A DNA stretch of 63,478 nt, the filler included. It is 14 parts of 14 records of this genome, joined end to end, with 100 filler letters (N's around TTAATTAATTAA, not from the genome) between each part and the next. Parts side by side here need not be neighbours in the genome. Positions count along the whole stretch, not along the records: positions 21,704 to 27,926 come from SRR9670534_1298; positions 28,027 to 34,094 come from SRR9670534_1302; positions 34,195 to 36,672 come from SRR9670534_1307; positions 36,773 to 41,800 come from SRR9670534_1308; 10 more parts are not named here. One strand, given 5' to 3'. A program made the translations under genes and the position numbers. Under the pieces are notes generated by a model that had not been told where the DNA came from, ran no database searches, and worked only from the letters and a program-made list of their open reading frames with translations. This document shows positions 23,941 to 37,144 of the stretch, piece by piece (the first letter of the stretch is position 1; each line of letters starts with the position of its first letter).

Positions 23941-24504
23941 GTTTTGAAGCAATAAATACTTATTATGTAGTTAGGATGGCATTAGTAGCCCATTATCCCT
24001 GCTTGTAGCGATCAATTTAATTACTGTGTTTGGCAATTTATTTAACATAACTTTTACTTATTTTTCTATTTATTACATTATGTAAAGCAATTTGTTTTCA
24101 TGTGCACTAGAGATTGCTTATTCCACCATCTAAGGAAGATGGATAGTCTTGTTTATTTTTGGAATGACTTTTGTCTGTTCTAAATGTTCCAAATTGGAAC
24201 TTCCAATGAAACAACTGAATTTCTTTATGCCATGATGCTTCGTGAAAATAACATTGCATGTAACAATGTTACGTAATCAGAGGTTATGTAATGGTTTTTA
24301 ATAATTAAAAGTTTCCAAATCGTTTTTTTCATTAAAAATTTTGTACATTATTATCGTAGGTTTTTCACCTGAACTAAGTTAACTTTATTAAGTAATTGTC
24401 CTATAAGAAAGTAACAAAATTGCATTTTTTAGTAAAATGTTTTCATAGATTTTAGAATATCCAAGTGATAGAAATTATAGGTACATATACAGATGTCGTT
24501 AGTT

Positions 24505-27500
24505 TTAAGTTCCACACTCTTCAAGATTTAACAGCGTAAAGTTTACATCATATGAAGTGCGAACATCTGCCAAATACCCTACAAAATGGTTTACATACTC
24601 ATATGGAATACAATAAGGAGGAAGACACGAAGTTTTTCTCATTTCCTTTCCAAAGATGAGTTGAATAGGTTGAGTGTAATTCTGTTGTGGTTCCAGCAAT
24701 AACATAAATATGTTGGAGTAAGTCTCCCTTATTAAGTTTATTGATAGGTCACTTATCAATAAATGGACTTCATTTTCAGTTACTGAAATGCAAACATTAT
24801 ACCAATTTTGTGGTTCAATGTACACTAACTCATTCAGTAAGTGAAATATGGTTCCATTTGCAGTGAGGAAATAGGCATCGAATAGTGACGTGTCAAATAA
24901 TCTTCTAACATAAACAGTTAATTGTTCGTCATCCTTTGATAATTGGAAAATTGTCTGAATGTTTTCGCCTTGTGCTTCTTCTTTTGACAATTTAAACTTA
25001 AGACAAATCAATAGTGCTGATCGATTGCCAAGAAATGCACCAACAAAATGTAGAGACGAATGCTTGCAAGGAAATCTGTAACAATTTCTGACATTTTCGT
25101 TGTTGTTCTTATTAAAAATTGGCACAAGTTGATCTTGGTAGGAAATCTGGGGACATGGGCTGAAAAAGCTTTTCCGCTTTCGATGCAAAATAGCTTTCCA
25201 GTCAATTAATCTGCTCTTAGTTGCACCATTTTCAAGAGCTTGGTAAGTATCGAGATACCAGTTACCATAGTATCCCTTGAAACGCTCTTGGTATTTCTGC
25301 GTTATGTTTTGCTGCACTCTACCAACAACAGACGAATCATGTTTTAATTCGTAACCAATAATGACACTAATATTATTGTGGTTAAACTTTGAAAATGACT
25401 GAGAAAATGCAGAATCTTCATAGCCAATGTGCACCAAATTACCATCATAAGTGATTGCTATGTTATCGTCCTGACCACTTTTCATCAAACATACTTGGTG
25501 CCAACGATCAAGTGTCAAGATGTCTGTAACCATGGCATGGTATATGCCATCATAAACTAATTCTATGCCTCCATGTGTTTTACTGTCATAGATGATCTTG
25601 AACAGTTCCGCCATGTAATATCCCTGGTAATAAAATGTTGATTTATACTTTGTTGCATACAGGCTAATTAAATTTTCTGCTTGGGGAATTTGGTCACCTG
25701 TAATAGAATAATAATAATAATCTAAATCTGATGTTAAATCACATGTGGAGGAGAAGGTTTTCAGAAACGTAAGGCACATGGTAAATGCTGGTGGGAAAAC
25801 CATTTGCTTTACTTCTACTCTGGTCATATTGCTTTCAAGGAGATCAATACTATTCCAAATGCATAACTGTTCTTTGTCATCGTTATTATTGCTGTTAGGC
25901 ATTGTCTTCCATTCAGCTTGTATATCTGATGATAATTAGAGAGTTATTTAACTACTATAGAAAGTTGATTCACATGCTAATAATAATATGTAAATGCATA
26001 CCTTTTAATTGTGCACTTTGCAAAATTGACCTTTGAGGCTGAGATTTGACTGATGGTTCCTGTTCTTATTATTAACAATGGAAAAAAAACGTTTTTAGTA
26101 GTGGGTGTTATAAACCATATTGTAGTCAATATCATATTACATGTTAATATAAGTATAATAATAGACTACTATTAATAGTACTACGTAATGCGATGTGAAG
26201 TGCCTATTGAAATTTAAATTCATTACGTTTTACTATCAAAGCCGGATTAACACATTGGAGGTCGGATTAAGACATTGGTCATTTTACGAGCTCTTTGCTC
26301 AATTTATTTTAACTTTTGCTGCAAAATTAATTGACAATATTTTTAGGTAGCACTTGTACATTATTATTATTATTATGTATATTGTATTTATGTTCATATA
26401 GTATACTATAATAATACCTATTAATCATTAATTGAATTATCTTTTGAGAAGGGCATACCTTGTTCCTTTGTTAATTTTCCAGTGCTTACTGTTGAAGAAA
26501 CATTGTGTTTTGAAACTGTACTGTTAGTTATTGAGTTATGATCAATAGCCAGTTCTAATTGGATGTAATATGTAGTTATAAAATTTTAAAAGATAACTAC
26601 TATTATGAAAATGCAAATCTCTATTTACTGTTGTGCTTTTTTGATACCTAATATTATTATTTCAATAATGCGAAAATCCCGAGGAAATTGTTTTGCAGTT
26701 GCTCATAAATTATTCCCTTTCGGTTTTATAAACTGCACCATAGGGACTTATTATAAAAAATACAGGTAGAAGTATACTTCTATATACTACAATATATTGT
26801 CAATACTGCATTGACGATAATTCAGTAACATCAAAAGAGATTTTTGACGATAGTACCGTACTATTAGCTAATTAGCTAATTACAGTAGTTTACTAACAAT
26901 AACTTATATTGAAATTATTAAAATTTCGCGTGTACGTTTTGCAATGTAAATACGTGAATTTATTTAATAATAATAAATTTGAGAGAAATTAAAGAACACG
27001 AGTAGAAACTTCTTCGTTTTAATTTACAATTTTTAGCTGCAATGTATTCATAAATGACATGAATTCGAATTATATTAGTGAAATTATTGTCAATGCCTTT
27101 ATATTATCATTCAATTTTATTTATTAATAATAATGCTATATTACGTCATATATGTAGTATACTGTTTTCATAATGAAAATTTCATTATGCAGATTTATAA
27201 TTTACTGATGTACACTATTTTCATGTTGTATATGCTATTATTATAAACATATGTTTTTAGTATTAGAAATCAGGTAGAACAAACCATAGTAGCAGATGAC
27301 ACCAATAATGATTGATACTAATGCGATGAATATGAGCAAAACTATTAGTAGGGAAATTTTAACAGAGTGTTCCCTGAGGAAACTTTTTCCCATCCGTCTG
27401 TTATCCCCAAGCTCATTTGCTGTGGCTATAATTGGCTGATTTGTCTTTTCTAGTAAAACTTCCGTAACCGTAACAACTACCTTGTCCGATGCACCACTAA

Positions 27501-27510
27501 TGTGATTCAT
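24505..27510 (-). CDS. Type II membrane protein with two pentraxin/LamG (ConA-like) domains
   Basis: Exon 27510-27285 (cytoplasmic N-terminus plus TM ISLLIVLLIFIALVSIIIGVIC); stalk exons 26554-26490/26459 and 26059-26002; large exon 25925-24505 with AFTMCL / RWHQVCL / IIGYE / FKGY, then LLICL / NWYNVCI / IFGKE / FVGYLADV. Confidence 0.65.
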
Positions 27511-28124
27511 TAACAGTTAAACATCCTGAAATTAGAGAACAATTATGCTTAGTAATATTTTTTTATTATTAATAATTTATTGAATAGCAAATAATAAGTA
27601 CACCGATGTTATTATTAAGTTCCAAAAAGGGCATTGGTCAAATACATTTTCAGTAGAATTTTATTATACTAATAAGCATGTCAGAATGCAAAAGTATTGA
27701 CATATGCTTTTGCTTTATTTTGACGTTATTATTAATAATAAATGGCTGCTAATAAAAGGGGAGGAGCTACAATTTCAGTGTCAAAGGCGACAGCTTATAT
27801 AATGAATGTCAATATTGACTGCTTTAGAAAAATAGAATAAACATTTGCCATTTACTAAGTTTAATTGAGAGACTCATCTTTGTCACTATATCTAATAATG
27901 CATCAAGAAATGTGAGGTAATGTATGNNNNNNNNNNNNNNNNNNNNNNNNNNNNNNNNNNNNNNNNNNNNTTAATTAATTAANNNNNNNNNNNNNNNNNN
28001 NNNNNNNNNNNNNNNNNNNNNNNNNNAACACGTGACTTTGTCACAAGTTAAAATATTATAAGTTATAACATTGTAATAACATTATTATAATAATTTCTCA
28101 TGTCATCAAAAATTTTAATTTTAG

Positions 28125-31100
28125 GATGCTCAAGATGTATACATTGAGCAAAAACGCGATGCAGCCATAACTGCTAAAATAACCATGCTACAAAGCTTTT
28201 TCCGCGGAATTCATTACAGAAGACAATTTTTACGTCTAAAAGAAGATGTCAAGGTGTTGCAAAAGTTTGTTAAAGGAGCTCTTGAACGGAAGAGATTTTT
28301 GGCTGTAAGATTTTTTTGATTGTACATTTTATTGATATTTTCCAATTTATCATACTTAATGATAGTGAGCGTTCCATTAACATGACATAACATAACATGA
28401 ACACGTTATTAACACATTGTACGATTACATAGATGAAATTGGGTTACATGAGATTACAAGCAGTCGTTCGAAGTCAAGTGCTAACACGCCAATTTGCAAT
28501 GATTAGAACAAAAATAATCGGGTTTCAGCGTTATTGTCGTGGTTCATTAGTACGTGAACGCTTGAGACGAAGTGCTAGCAGTGCAACGCTCATTCAGTGC
28601 TACATCAGAGGCATGATTGCTCGAAAGCGCTTTTATGAATTAAGACAAGAGCATGCCAGGCTTATGGAGCTAGAAAGGCAGAAAAAAGAAAATGAGCAAA
28701 AACTTCGCAAGCAAATGAACCAAAAGAAGGCACAAGAGGAAGCAAATAGGGTTGCAAGGTTACAGTATGAACGCTTGCAAGAGGAAAAACGAAAGCGAGA
28801 TGCTGACACTGCTAGAGCTTTGGAAGAGAAGAAGCAACGATTGGCCGAATCAGAAGCAACAAATGGCGAAGTGAATCCTGAACGTGAAGTTGAGCAAATC
28901 TTTAACTTCCTTGAAAGCTCAAGTGCCACTGGAGAACAGTCATCCACTGCCTCTGGCCCAAGGGCTTTTTCTGATTTACCCAGAAGAGCACCAGGTTCAA
29001 TTGATGGATACTCAATTTCGGATGCAAGATTACCAATCTTGGAGGACACAGAAGATATTTCAGAGTACAAATTTAGCAAATTTGCCATGATGTATTTTCG
29101 ACAAGATTCATCAGCTACATATGTGAGAAAGATGTTGAAGTATCCTCTCCTAGCCTTAGAGGATGAGGGTGACCAATTGGCTGCTTTGGCTGTCTGGGTT
29201 ACCATTCTGAGATTTATGGGAGATTTGCCCGAACCAAAGTTTCACACTTCAATGGCAGAGGAGCCGGTAAGTATCAATTGAGTAACATAGAACAATTCCC
29301 AGAAGTTAGTTAACTCTTGAAAGTAGACATCTAGTATCCTTTTTAGACAAATATGGCTGTTATGACAAAGCTATATGACACGATTGGAAAAAGCTATGGC
29401 AAAAAGCATGTTGCTGACATTGTTGAATATGGACAACAGTTTGAGCAAAATCCAGCTGGAGACGATATTCTTGCAAATCATTCCTCCCAACGTGGTGTCA
29501 GTAAGAAAGTCAGTGCGAAAAAGAAAAAGGGTTTGGTGTCTTTGACTCTTCGAAAGAAATCCAAGTTGACTGCAGCTATGGCAGATAGATTGAAAGCTGC
29601 AGATTTTGATGGTCCTGCAGCTACAATGCTTGAAGATAGACCTACGTCAAATTTAGAAAAATTACACTTTATCATTGGAAATGGTATTCTTAGGCCAAGA
29701 ATTAGGTAAAGATTGTAAGGATAATGAATTGCTACTTCTATAAATATATATTATATCATAATACCTAATATGGTATTAATATGTTATAAAGTGCTTTAGA
29801 TATTATTAAAGGACTTTTTTACTTGTGCCAATTGGTGCGCCATCTATTAAGCAATCTACGTTGAGAATGATGAAATTAATTAGCCTGCAGTATAATACTG
29901 CCAGTATTGTGTATTTGAGACCTATTCTTTATTACTATTTGTTTTGTAATGTTGTAGGGATGAAGTCTATTGCCAAATTTGTAAGCAGTTATCTCACAAT
30001 CCATCAAATATTAGCGTCGCTCGTGGATGGATTTTGCTTTCACTTTGTGTCGGATGTTTTCCTGCTAGTGAAAATGTAATTCTTATAAGCCTTGCTTCTT
30101 TGCTTTACCAAAATTGAATTAAGACGTCTTTCTTTAGTTTGTAAAATATTTAAGAAATTTCATTCGAGATGGACCAAAAGGTTATTCTGGCTATTGCGAA
30201 GAACGTCTTCGACGAACTTTTGCCAACGGTGCAAGAAGTCAACCACCAAGTTGGTTGGAATTACAAGCAACCAAATCCAAACAAGCTTTGATGCTGCCAA
30301 TTACCTTCATGGATGGCTCTACGGTAACATTACTTGCAGATTCCGCAACAACATCTCGAGAACTTTGTGAAGCTTTAGCAGCTAAAATTGGCTTGAAGGA
30401 TACATTTGGTTTTTCCCTCTACATTGCTCTCTTTGATAAGGTTTCATCCTTGGGTAGTGGGAGTGACCATGTAATGGACGCTATATCACAATGCGAGCAA
30501 TATGCTAAAGAACAAGGTGCCCAGGAAAGGAATGCGCCCTGGAGGCTGTTCTTTAGAAAAGAAATTTTTTCACCATGGCATGATCCAACAAAAGATGCAG
30601 TTGCAACAAATTTAATTTACCAACAGGTGATTCGTGGTATCAAATTTGGAGAATATCGGTGTGATAGGGATGAAGATTTGGCTATGATTGCTGCCCAGCA
30701 ATATTATGTCGATTACGGAATAGACATTACTGCGCAGAGACTTTCGCAAGCCATTCCTAATTACTTGCCAGAATACTGTTTAGCTGGCGGACCAAGAAAT
30801 TATCAGAAATGGACCCAGCTTTGCATGGCATCTTTTCACAAGGTTGATTAATCAATTGAACATTTCATTTTTAAATTTATATGTAATATTGCAATATTAT
30901 AATGATGCATTATGATAGAGTTACTACGCTAAAGAAGGAACACCTCAATCAATCGTCAAAGAAGATATAGTCAACTATGCAAGATTCAAGTGGCCTTTGT
31001 TATTTTCTAGATTTTATGAAGCCTTTAAATTTAGTGGGCCCACCATCCCGAAAAATGATGTTATAATTGCAGTTAATTGGACAGGTGTCTACGTTGTTGA

Positions 31101-33881
31101 TGACACTGAACAAGTACTGCTTGAACTTTCCTTTCCAGAAATCATTGGTGTTTCAACTAGTAGAGCTGCTAGATCACAAGCAATGAGCTTCATATTGTCC
31201 ACGGTTAGAGGAGATGAATTCGTCTTCACAAGCAGCAGTGCTGATGACATCAGAGAGTTAGTGGTAACATTTTTGGAGGGTTTAAAGAAAAGATCTAGAT
31301 ATGTAGTAGCGTTGCAAAATTATGGCAATAACAATGCTGCTTTTGATACTAATTCAGAGTCTGGAGCAAATTTTTTGAACATGATCAAAGGTGACTTGAT
31401 CCTGTTGGATCAAAGCAGTGATGAAAGGTTGAGACAATCTGGTTGGTGCATTGGAGAAAATCAAAGGACTGGCATGCAAGGCGACTTTCCTGCTGAATGC
31501 GTTTATGTTCTTCCTACTGTCACAAAACCCCTTCCTGAGATTTTGGTATGAAATATGTATAGATATCAGTTGTTGTAATTTTTTGCTTTTATTAAATTAA
31601 AAAATCCACTTTTTTAACTTTATCATAAACTTTGTTTTTTAAAATAATAATCCTTTAGAAGTTATTTTTTGACACACCTGAGAATTTTGGTGGGGCTGGT
31701 GAAGACAGTACTGACGTGATCTCATTGTCAGGAAATGAAAGGCCTCACACCCTTGAAGCCTACAGTTATGACCATTTCAGACTTCCACCTAAACGAACTC
31801 TGACTGGAACGTTTAGCAGTGCTAGAAGATCAAAGGAACTTCTTTGGAAACATCACAAAGACCCTTTAAAGTTGCCACTTTTAAGAAAGCTATGTGACTC
31901 TCAAAATGAAGAGCTAATTCAACAGGCTTTGTTTTGCAATCTGAGTATACTAAAGTACATGGGTGATTACCCAACTAAAAGGGTTAATCCTGGAGTTGAA
32001 TTTACAGATATCATATTCAAAGAGACTCTGACTAACGACCTATTGAAGGATGAAGTGTATTGTCAGCTTCTGAAGCAGTTAACGGAAAATAGACGACAGT
32101 AAGGATATTTGACAATACATGATATACCTTTAAACTGTTACGAAATTATACCTTTAGGGCAAGTTACGACAAGGGTTGGGAATTATTATGGCTTTCAACT
32201 GGGTGTATTGCTCCAAGTGTAACTTTAATGAAGGAAGTTGAATTATTTTTGCGAACAAGGAGTCTACCTTTATCTGAAGAATGTTTGCAAAGATTGAAAA
32301 AGACAGTCAGGTACGTTGAAATTACCTGAATTCCTTTCAATGTTATAATACATAAATATCTTAAATTATTATAGTAGTGGTCAAAGAAAATATCCTCCAC
32401 ATGCCATAGAGGTTGAGGCCATCCAACATCAAACAACCCAAATTTACCATAAGGTTTATTTTCCTGATGAAACTGATGAAGCATTTGAAGTCGGAAGCAG
32501 TACAAGGGCTAAAGATTTTTGCCAACAGATTGCTACCAGATTGAGACTACAATCATCTGAGGGCTTCAGTCTTTTTGTCAAGATTTCTGACAAGGTAATC
32601 AGTGTCCCTGAAGGAGATTTCTTCTTTGACTTCATAAGTCACTTAACTGAATGGATTAAGAATACTAGGGGAAGTAGTCAAATAATTAAGTTATCCTACC
32701 AAGTGTTTTTCATGAAGAAACTATGGTTTAATACTGTACCTGGAAGAGATCGCCAAGCAGATATTATATTTCATTATCATCAAGAAGTGCCAAAATATCT
32801 TAGAGGATATCACAGATGTTCCATCCCAGAAGCTGCTTTGTTGGCGTCTTATATTTTTAGGGTCAAGTTTGGTGACGATGAAACCAAATTAGATTTTGTC
32901 GTGTAAGTTTTCAATTTAAATTTTGAAGTTTAAATAGCTTAAATTATGTTATTTTAGGCAAAAAATTCAAGAATTTATACCAGCAGATTTGGTGAGGCAA
33001 GCCAATCCAGAAGATTGGTTGGTACTTATTCGTGAACAATATGTGAAAAAAGTGGGAATGATACCTGAAGAGGCCAAGATAGAGTTTCTGAAAGTTATTT
33101 ACCACTGGCCAACATTTGGCTCCGCCTTTTTTGAAGTCAAGCAGACCACTGACACCAATTTACCACCAGTTCTTTTAATTGCTATCAATAAAAATGGAGT
33201 CAACTTAATCCATCCTCAAACAAAAAAAATTCTGGTGAACTATCCCTTCACAAAGATATCAAATTGGAGCAGTGGAAACACTTACTTCCACATGTCCATA
33301 GGAAATTTAGTTAAAGGTGGCAAACTCCTATGCGAAACACCTTTGGTAAGTACCTTTTTAGATTTCTATATTACAACAGTGAATTTATTTGTGTAATACT
33401 GCAACAATGAACAAATAGGGTGATAGCATAGCAGACTTGTTATCATCTTGCAAAACGTACGTTACAACGATTGCAAGTTCAAATGACGACGTTTTCCATA
33501 CTTATGGAGAGGAGAATCAAATTGTTCAAAGAAATTCCTTGGCATACCATCCTCCACCTTACTCTAGTATCGCCTATGGAGAAAAAACACGTCGTCAGCG
33601 TCCTAGAACATCCCTTGATTTGGCACATGATGGAAAGTTTAGATACACTAATCACCGATATTCAGAAATGTTACCATCTTCAGAGATTTTGACAAAATTT
33701 TAAACGTATATTGCAGCGCTTAGCTTGCTTGCAATTTTGTTCGTCCAAGACGATTTAGAAATGCATAAAAACATGAATGTTCATCTTTTAGGGATACAAA
33801 ATGGATGATCTTTTAACCTCATACATCAGCCTTCTACTATCCAATATGAGTAAACAAAGGTCTACGTTAAGGATAAAATGA
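28125..33881 (+). CDS. MYO7A: Myosin VIIa (crinkled), neck and tail
   Basis: Five IQ motifs, an SAH/coiled region, then MyTH4-FERM-SH3-MyTH4-FERM, with typical peptides ([66 protein letters not shown]). Canonical last exon 33792-33881 ([13 protein letters not shown]). The motor domain lies outside the contig. Confidence 0.97.
33419..33703 (+). CDS. Putative alternative terminal exon of myosin VIIa
   Basis: AG acceptor at 33417-33418 is in phase with the donor after 33345. Reads [15 protein letters not shown]..., paralleling [14 protein letters not shown]; 94 open codons ending ...ILTKF*. Confidence 0.65.
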   Translation, partial: GDSIADLLSSCKTYVTTIASSNDDVFHTYGEENQIVQRNSLAYHPPPYSSIAYGEKTRRQRPRTSLDLAHDGKFRYTNHRYSEMLPSSEILTKF

Positions 33882-34336
33882 AGAACTTGTTGGACCTTTT
33901 TGCAGCCTACCAATATAATTATGTTTTATACATGCTAATCTATTTATTGTTTCTTACCATACTCCGTTCCTTCATACAACAAATTACATTCCCTTTTTTT
34001 CTTTTGCTGTGCTTATTGAAATTTTATTAGTCATTTTATTAGTCAGCCGTAAAATGTATTTAACTGTATTGCATTTTATCATTTAGATTTCATTNNNNNN
34101 NNNNNNNNNNNNNNNNNNNNNNNNNNNNNNNNNNNNNNTTAATTAATTAANNNNNNNNNNNNNNNNNNNNNNNNNNNNNNNNNNNNNNNNNNNNATAATA
34201 TGTATTATTATTAATAATAATAATCATAGACTTTATGTAACATAAATTATGTTAATTCTGTAGTATACTAATTGTACTACAACATGTTATGAAAAGAAAA
34301 GATAAGCATGAATTTAGAAAGAGGAAGGCGACATTG

Positions 34337-35838
34337 CTAATAAGATAAATAAGAAAACAGAGTAAAAGCAAAGGTGATCATTCCAACGATTACTACTGAT
34401 TTTGATCCCTTGTTGCCGCTTATGTAGACCCGGTCCGTTTCAAACCCGTGCGGAGCTTCAGGCAAGTCTATATTGCCCCATTCTGCAGAATCTATGTAAT
34501 AGGTGCAGGTCTTAGGATTGCTACAGATGGTATGCTCTTTACTTGAATGTATACAGCCTTTTGTGATGTGACCTTTGTCATTCCTGGCGAAGCAAGCATC
34601 TTCGCCCTTCGAACAGATATTAGCATTTCCTGTGTCTCTCAATGTTGAATCTGTGTTACATTTACGCTCTGATCCTTCACATATGTAGCACCTATGCGCA
34701 TCTAAAGAAAACTTTCCTTAGGAAAGTAATGATGGGATTTAAATTAGTAATTTAAAATTACATATCATATATATGATTACCCTTATATTATTATGATATA
34801 GATTATAACTCGCATAGCCATAGCTACCGTATTGTATACCTATTATTATTATTATGTATACTTGATAATAAAAATAGGTATACAAAATGATTCAAACATG
34901 TAAGCCTATAGTTACTTTGTACATATAATGTAAGACTTATGGTATATACTATGACACGTGAGATAATATATGCCTTTATAGTATATGTACAATATAACGT
35001 GTCTAATGGACACTGTCCATAGGTAATGATAATACCTGCTTGCACATCTAATAGATGATCTATTTGTCTAGTTTGCAGCTATTGCAGAATAAATATATAT
35101 ATTTAATATTAATATAGGTATTGGTATTTTTATATATTGTAATATAGTCACTATATTATAGTTCCGTACTACAATACAATACATAAAAATACTCATATAA
35201 CATGAGTGGTCCGTTTGTTCATTTTTCCCATGTGGGTAAAGTGGACGGATTTTATTTCAATTGATTTTCTGTATATCCACATGGTCCACTTTACCCAGGG
35301 TGGTCCATTTTAGCCCCTGGTCTATTTTGGGCTTTCTTACCTTAGTGCAATATTATATTCTATAATAATGTACCTCAGTATAATTATTATATATACACTA
35401 TAATATTAGTATATTATCTGTATATATACTATAATATTAGTATACTGTAATACATTATACAGTTTTAGTATATTTTACACCGTTGTGCATTAAATTAATC
35501 TAGCATTTTCTTTTACATTGTAAATTTTACAATATATGGTCCATAACCATAATAATGGTTATAGTCAAGATATTGTCAATAATTTGCTGAATAATTCCAG
35601 CAATGTGATTGAAAAGTGGAATTTACAATTAATAATAATAATTATGATTATAATACTACTAAACATAATATGTTATATAATAGCATATGTTCTAGAAGTA
35701 GCTACTTTTGAACTTCAAAAAAGTGCCAACACAACAAAATAGGTACTCATAACTAGGGTGCTAGTATAGTAAATTATTACCGTTTTTATGTATGACGATG
35801 AAAAAGAGAAGAGTGAGGACTGCAATGGATTTCACCAT
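34337..35838 (-). CDS. Ly6/uPAR (three-finger, quiver-like) GPI-anchored protein
   Basis: Signal-peptide exon 35838-35781 (MVKSIAVLTLLFFIVIHKN) joins by a phase-1 intron to exon 34701-34337 (AHRCYIC...C...C...CF...KGC...C...C), which ends in a hydrophobic GPI-type tail. TATA box near 36009-36014 on the minus strand. Confidence 0.7.
35205..35343. mobile_element. Partial MITE / DNA-transposon end in the Ly6-like gene intron
   Basis: Inverted repeat TGGGTAAAGTGGAC (35233-35246) / GTCCACTTTACCCA (35284-35297), tandem GGTCCAYTTT subrepeats, ends CTTACC. Confidence 0.45.
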
Positions 35839-37144
35839 GCTAAATGTTATTATGATAACTGCAAAAAATTTTTTATTACTATAATTATTATTAATAATAA
35901 TTAATTATATTGGTCTTATATAGTAAAGGCTACTTACTTTGTTTGATAGCTTGTTTCTGTGAAAAAGATGAATATTCACTAAATTTGAAAATACTTGATT
36001 GGTACAAGTTTATAATAAAAACTTAATTTTGATTTGATGATAAAACATTGTGCTAGCAGGCTTTATAATATAGTAAAAGAACCACAAGAAAGATCAAGTT
36101 TTGTTTATGACACTGAATAGCCATTGACGTGTATACGTGGTTGTGTGATGAAAATTTTGACAGAAAGTAAGCTTTTCCAGTATCTTTGTTATTATTTTTA
36201 TTGTTATTATTATTATGAAAATACATTGTTGCTTGAAATCAATGCTTTTCGCACTCAGTGGCTAAGAATATTGCGTCATCATCATCAACTTCAAAAGTAG
36301 GTGGTCACTGCAAATTGTAGGCGTTTTTCTTCATGTTACGACTCGTAACTTACGACATCAAGCGGTCATATTATTGATAGCTGATATGTTGAGTTTTTGT
36401 TAACAAAATGTCATTTTATTATGAAACGGTCATATGATATGATATCATATAATTTTTACGTTCGATAATAATAATAAAATAAATGACGCCTACATAGCTG
36501 TTTTAATAATAATAACTTATTATTATAATATATTATTAATAAGCATCTTGTTTATCCCGAAATTTCTACACTGCAATTAACTAGACTCTATGAGTAAATT
36601 AACGAATCGTATGATAATAACTATCTCAGATAATGTGTATTAGGACATAAGAGGGATTTTGGCTCATTTTAGNNNNNNNNNNNNNNNNNNNNNNNNNNNN
36701 NNNNNNNNNNNNNNNNTTAATTAATTAANNNNNNNNNNNNNNNNNNNNNNNNNNNNNNNNNNNNNNNNNNNNATATGTATAATTATAATTACATACATAG
36801 ATATAATTTTTAATAAATTAAAAGTTTTAATATATGTAATTAGAAAATATGATGTAAAACATTTCTAAGAATATTATTTTGCTATGTATGTACTGTTATA
36901 CACGTAGGTATGTACCTATTTATTATTAATATGTACATAATTGCTTGTACAGATACCTATTGAAATAAATATAGGTATTACTATTAGGTAGGTATACGTA
37001 TATGTATATCTTATATATGTACAGTACATACCTATGTACTGTATTATAAAATTGTGAATGATTCATAGTAAGACAACTACAACTGCAAATATAGGTATGT
37101 GCATATTTTATGTTGACTTTTATTGTATTTTGTTCAAGTTTGGA

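Noticed and set aside
24100-24260. Possible third pentraxin-domain fragment (...QFG...SLDGGISNL*)
   Set aside because: No supportable splice path from the main exon.
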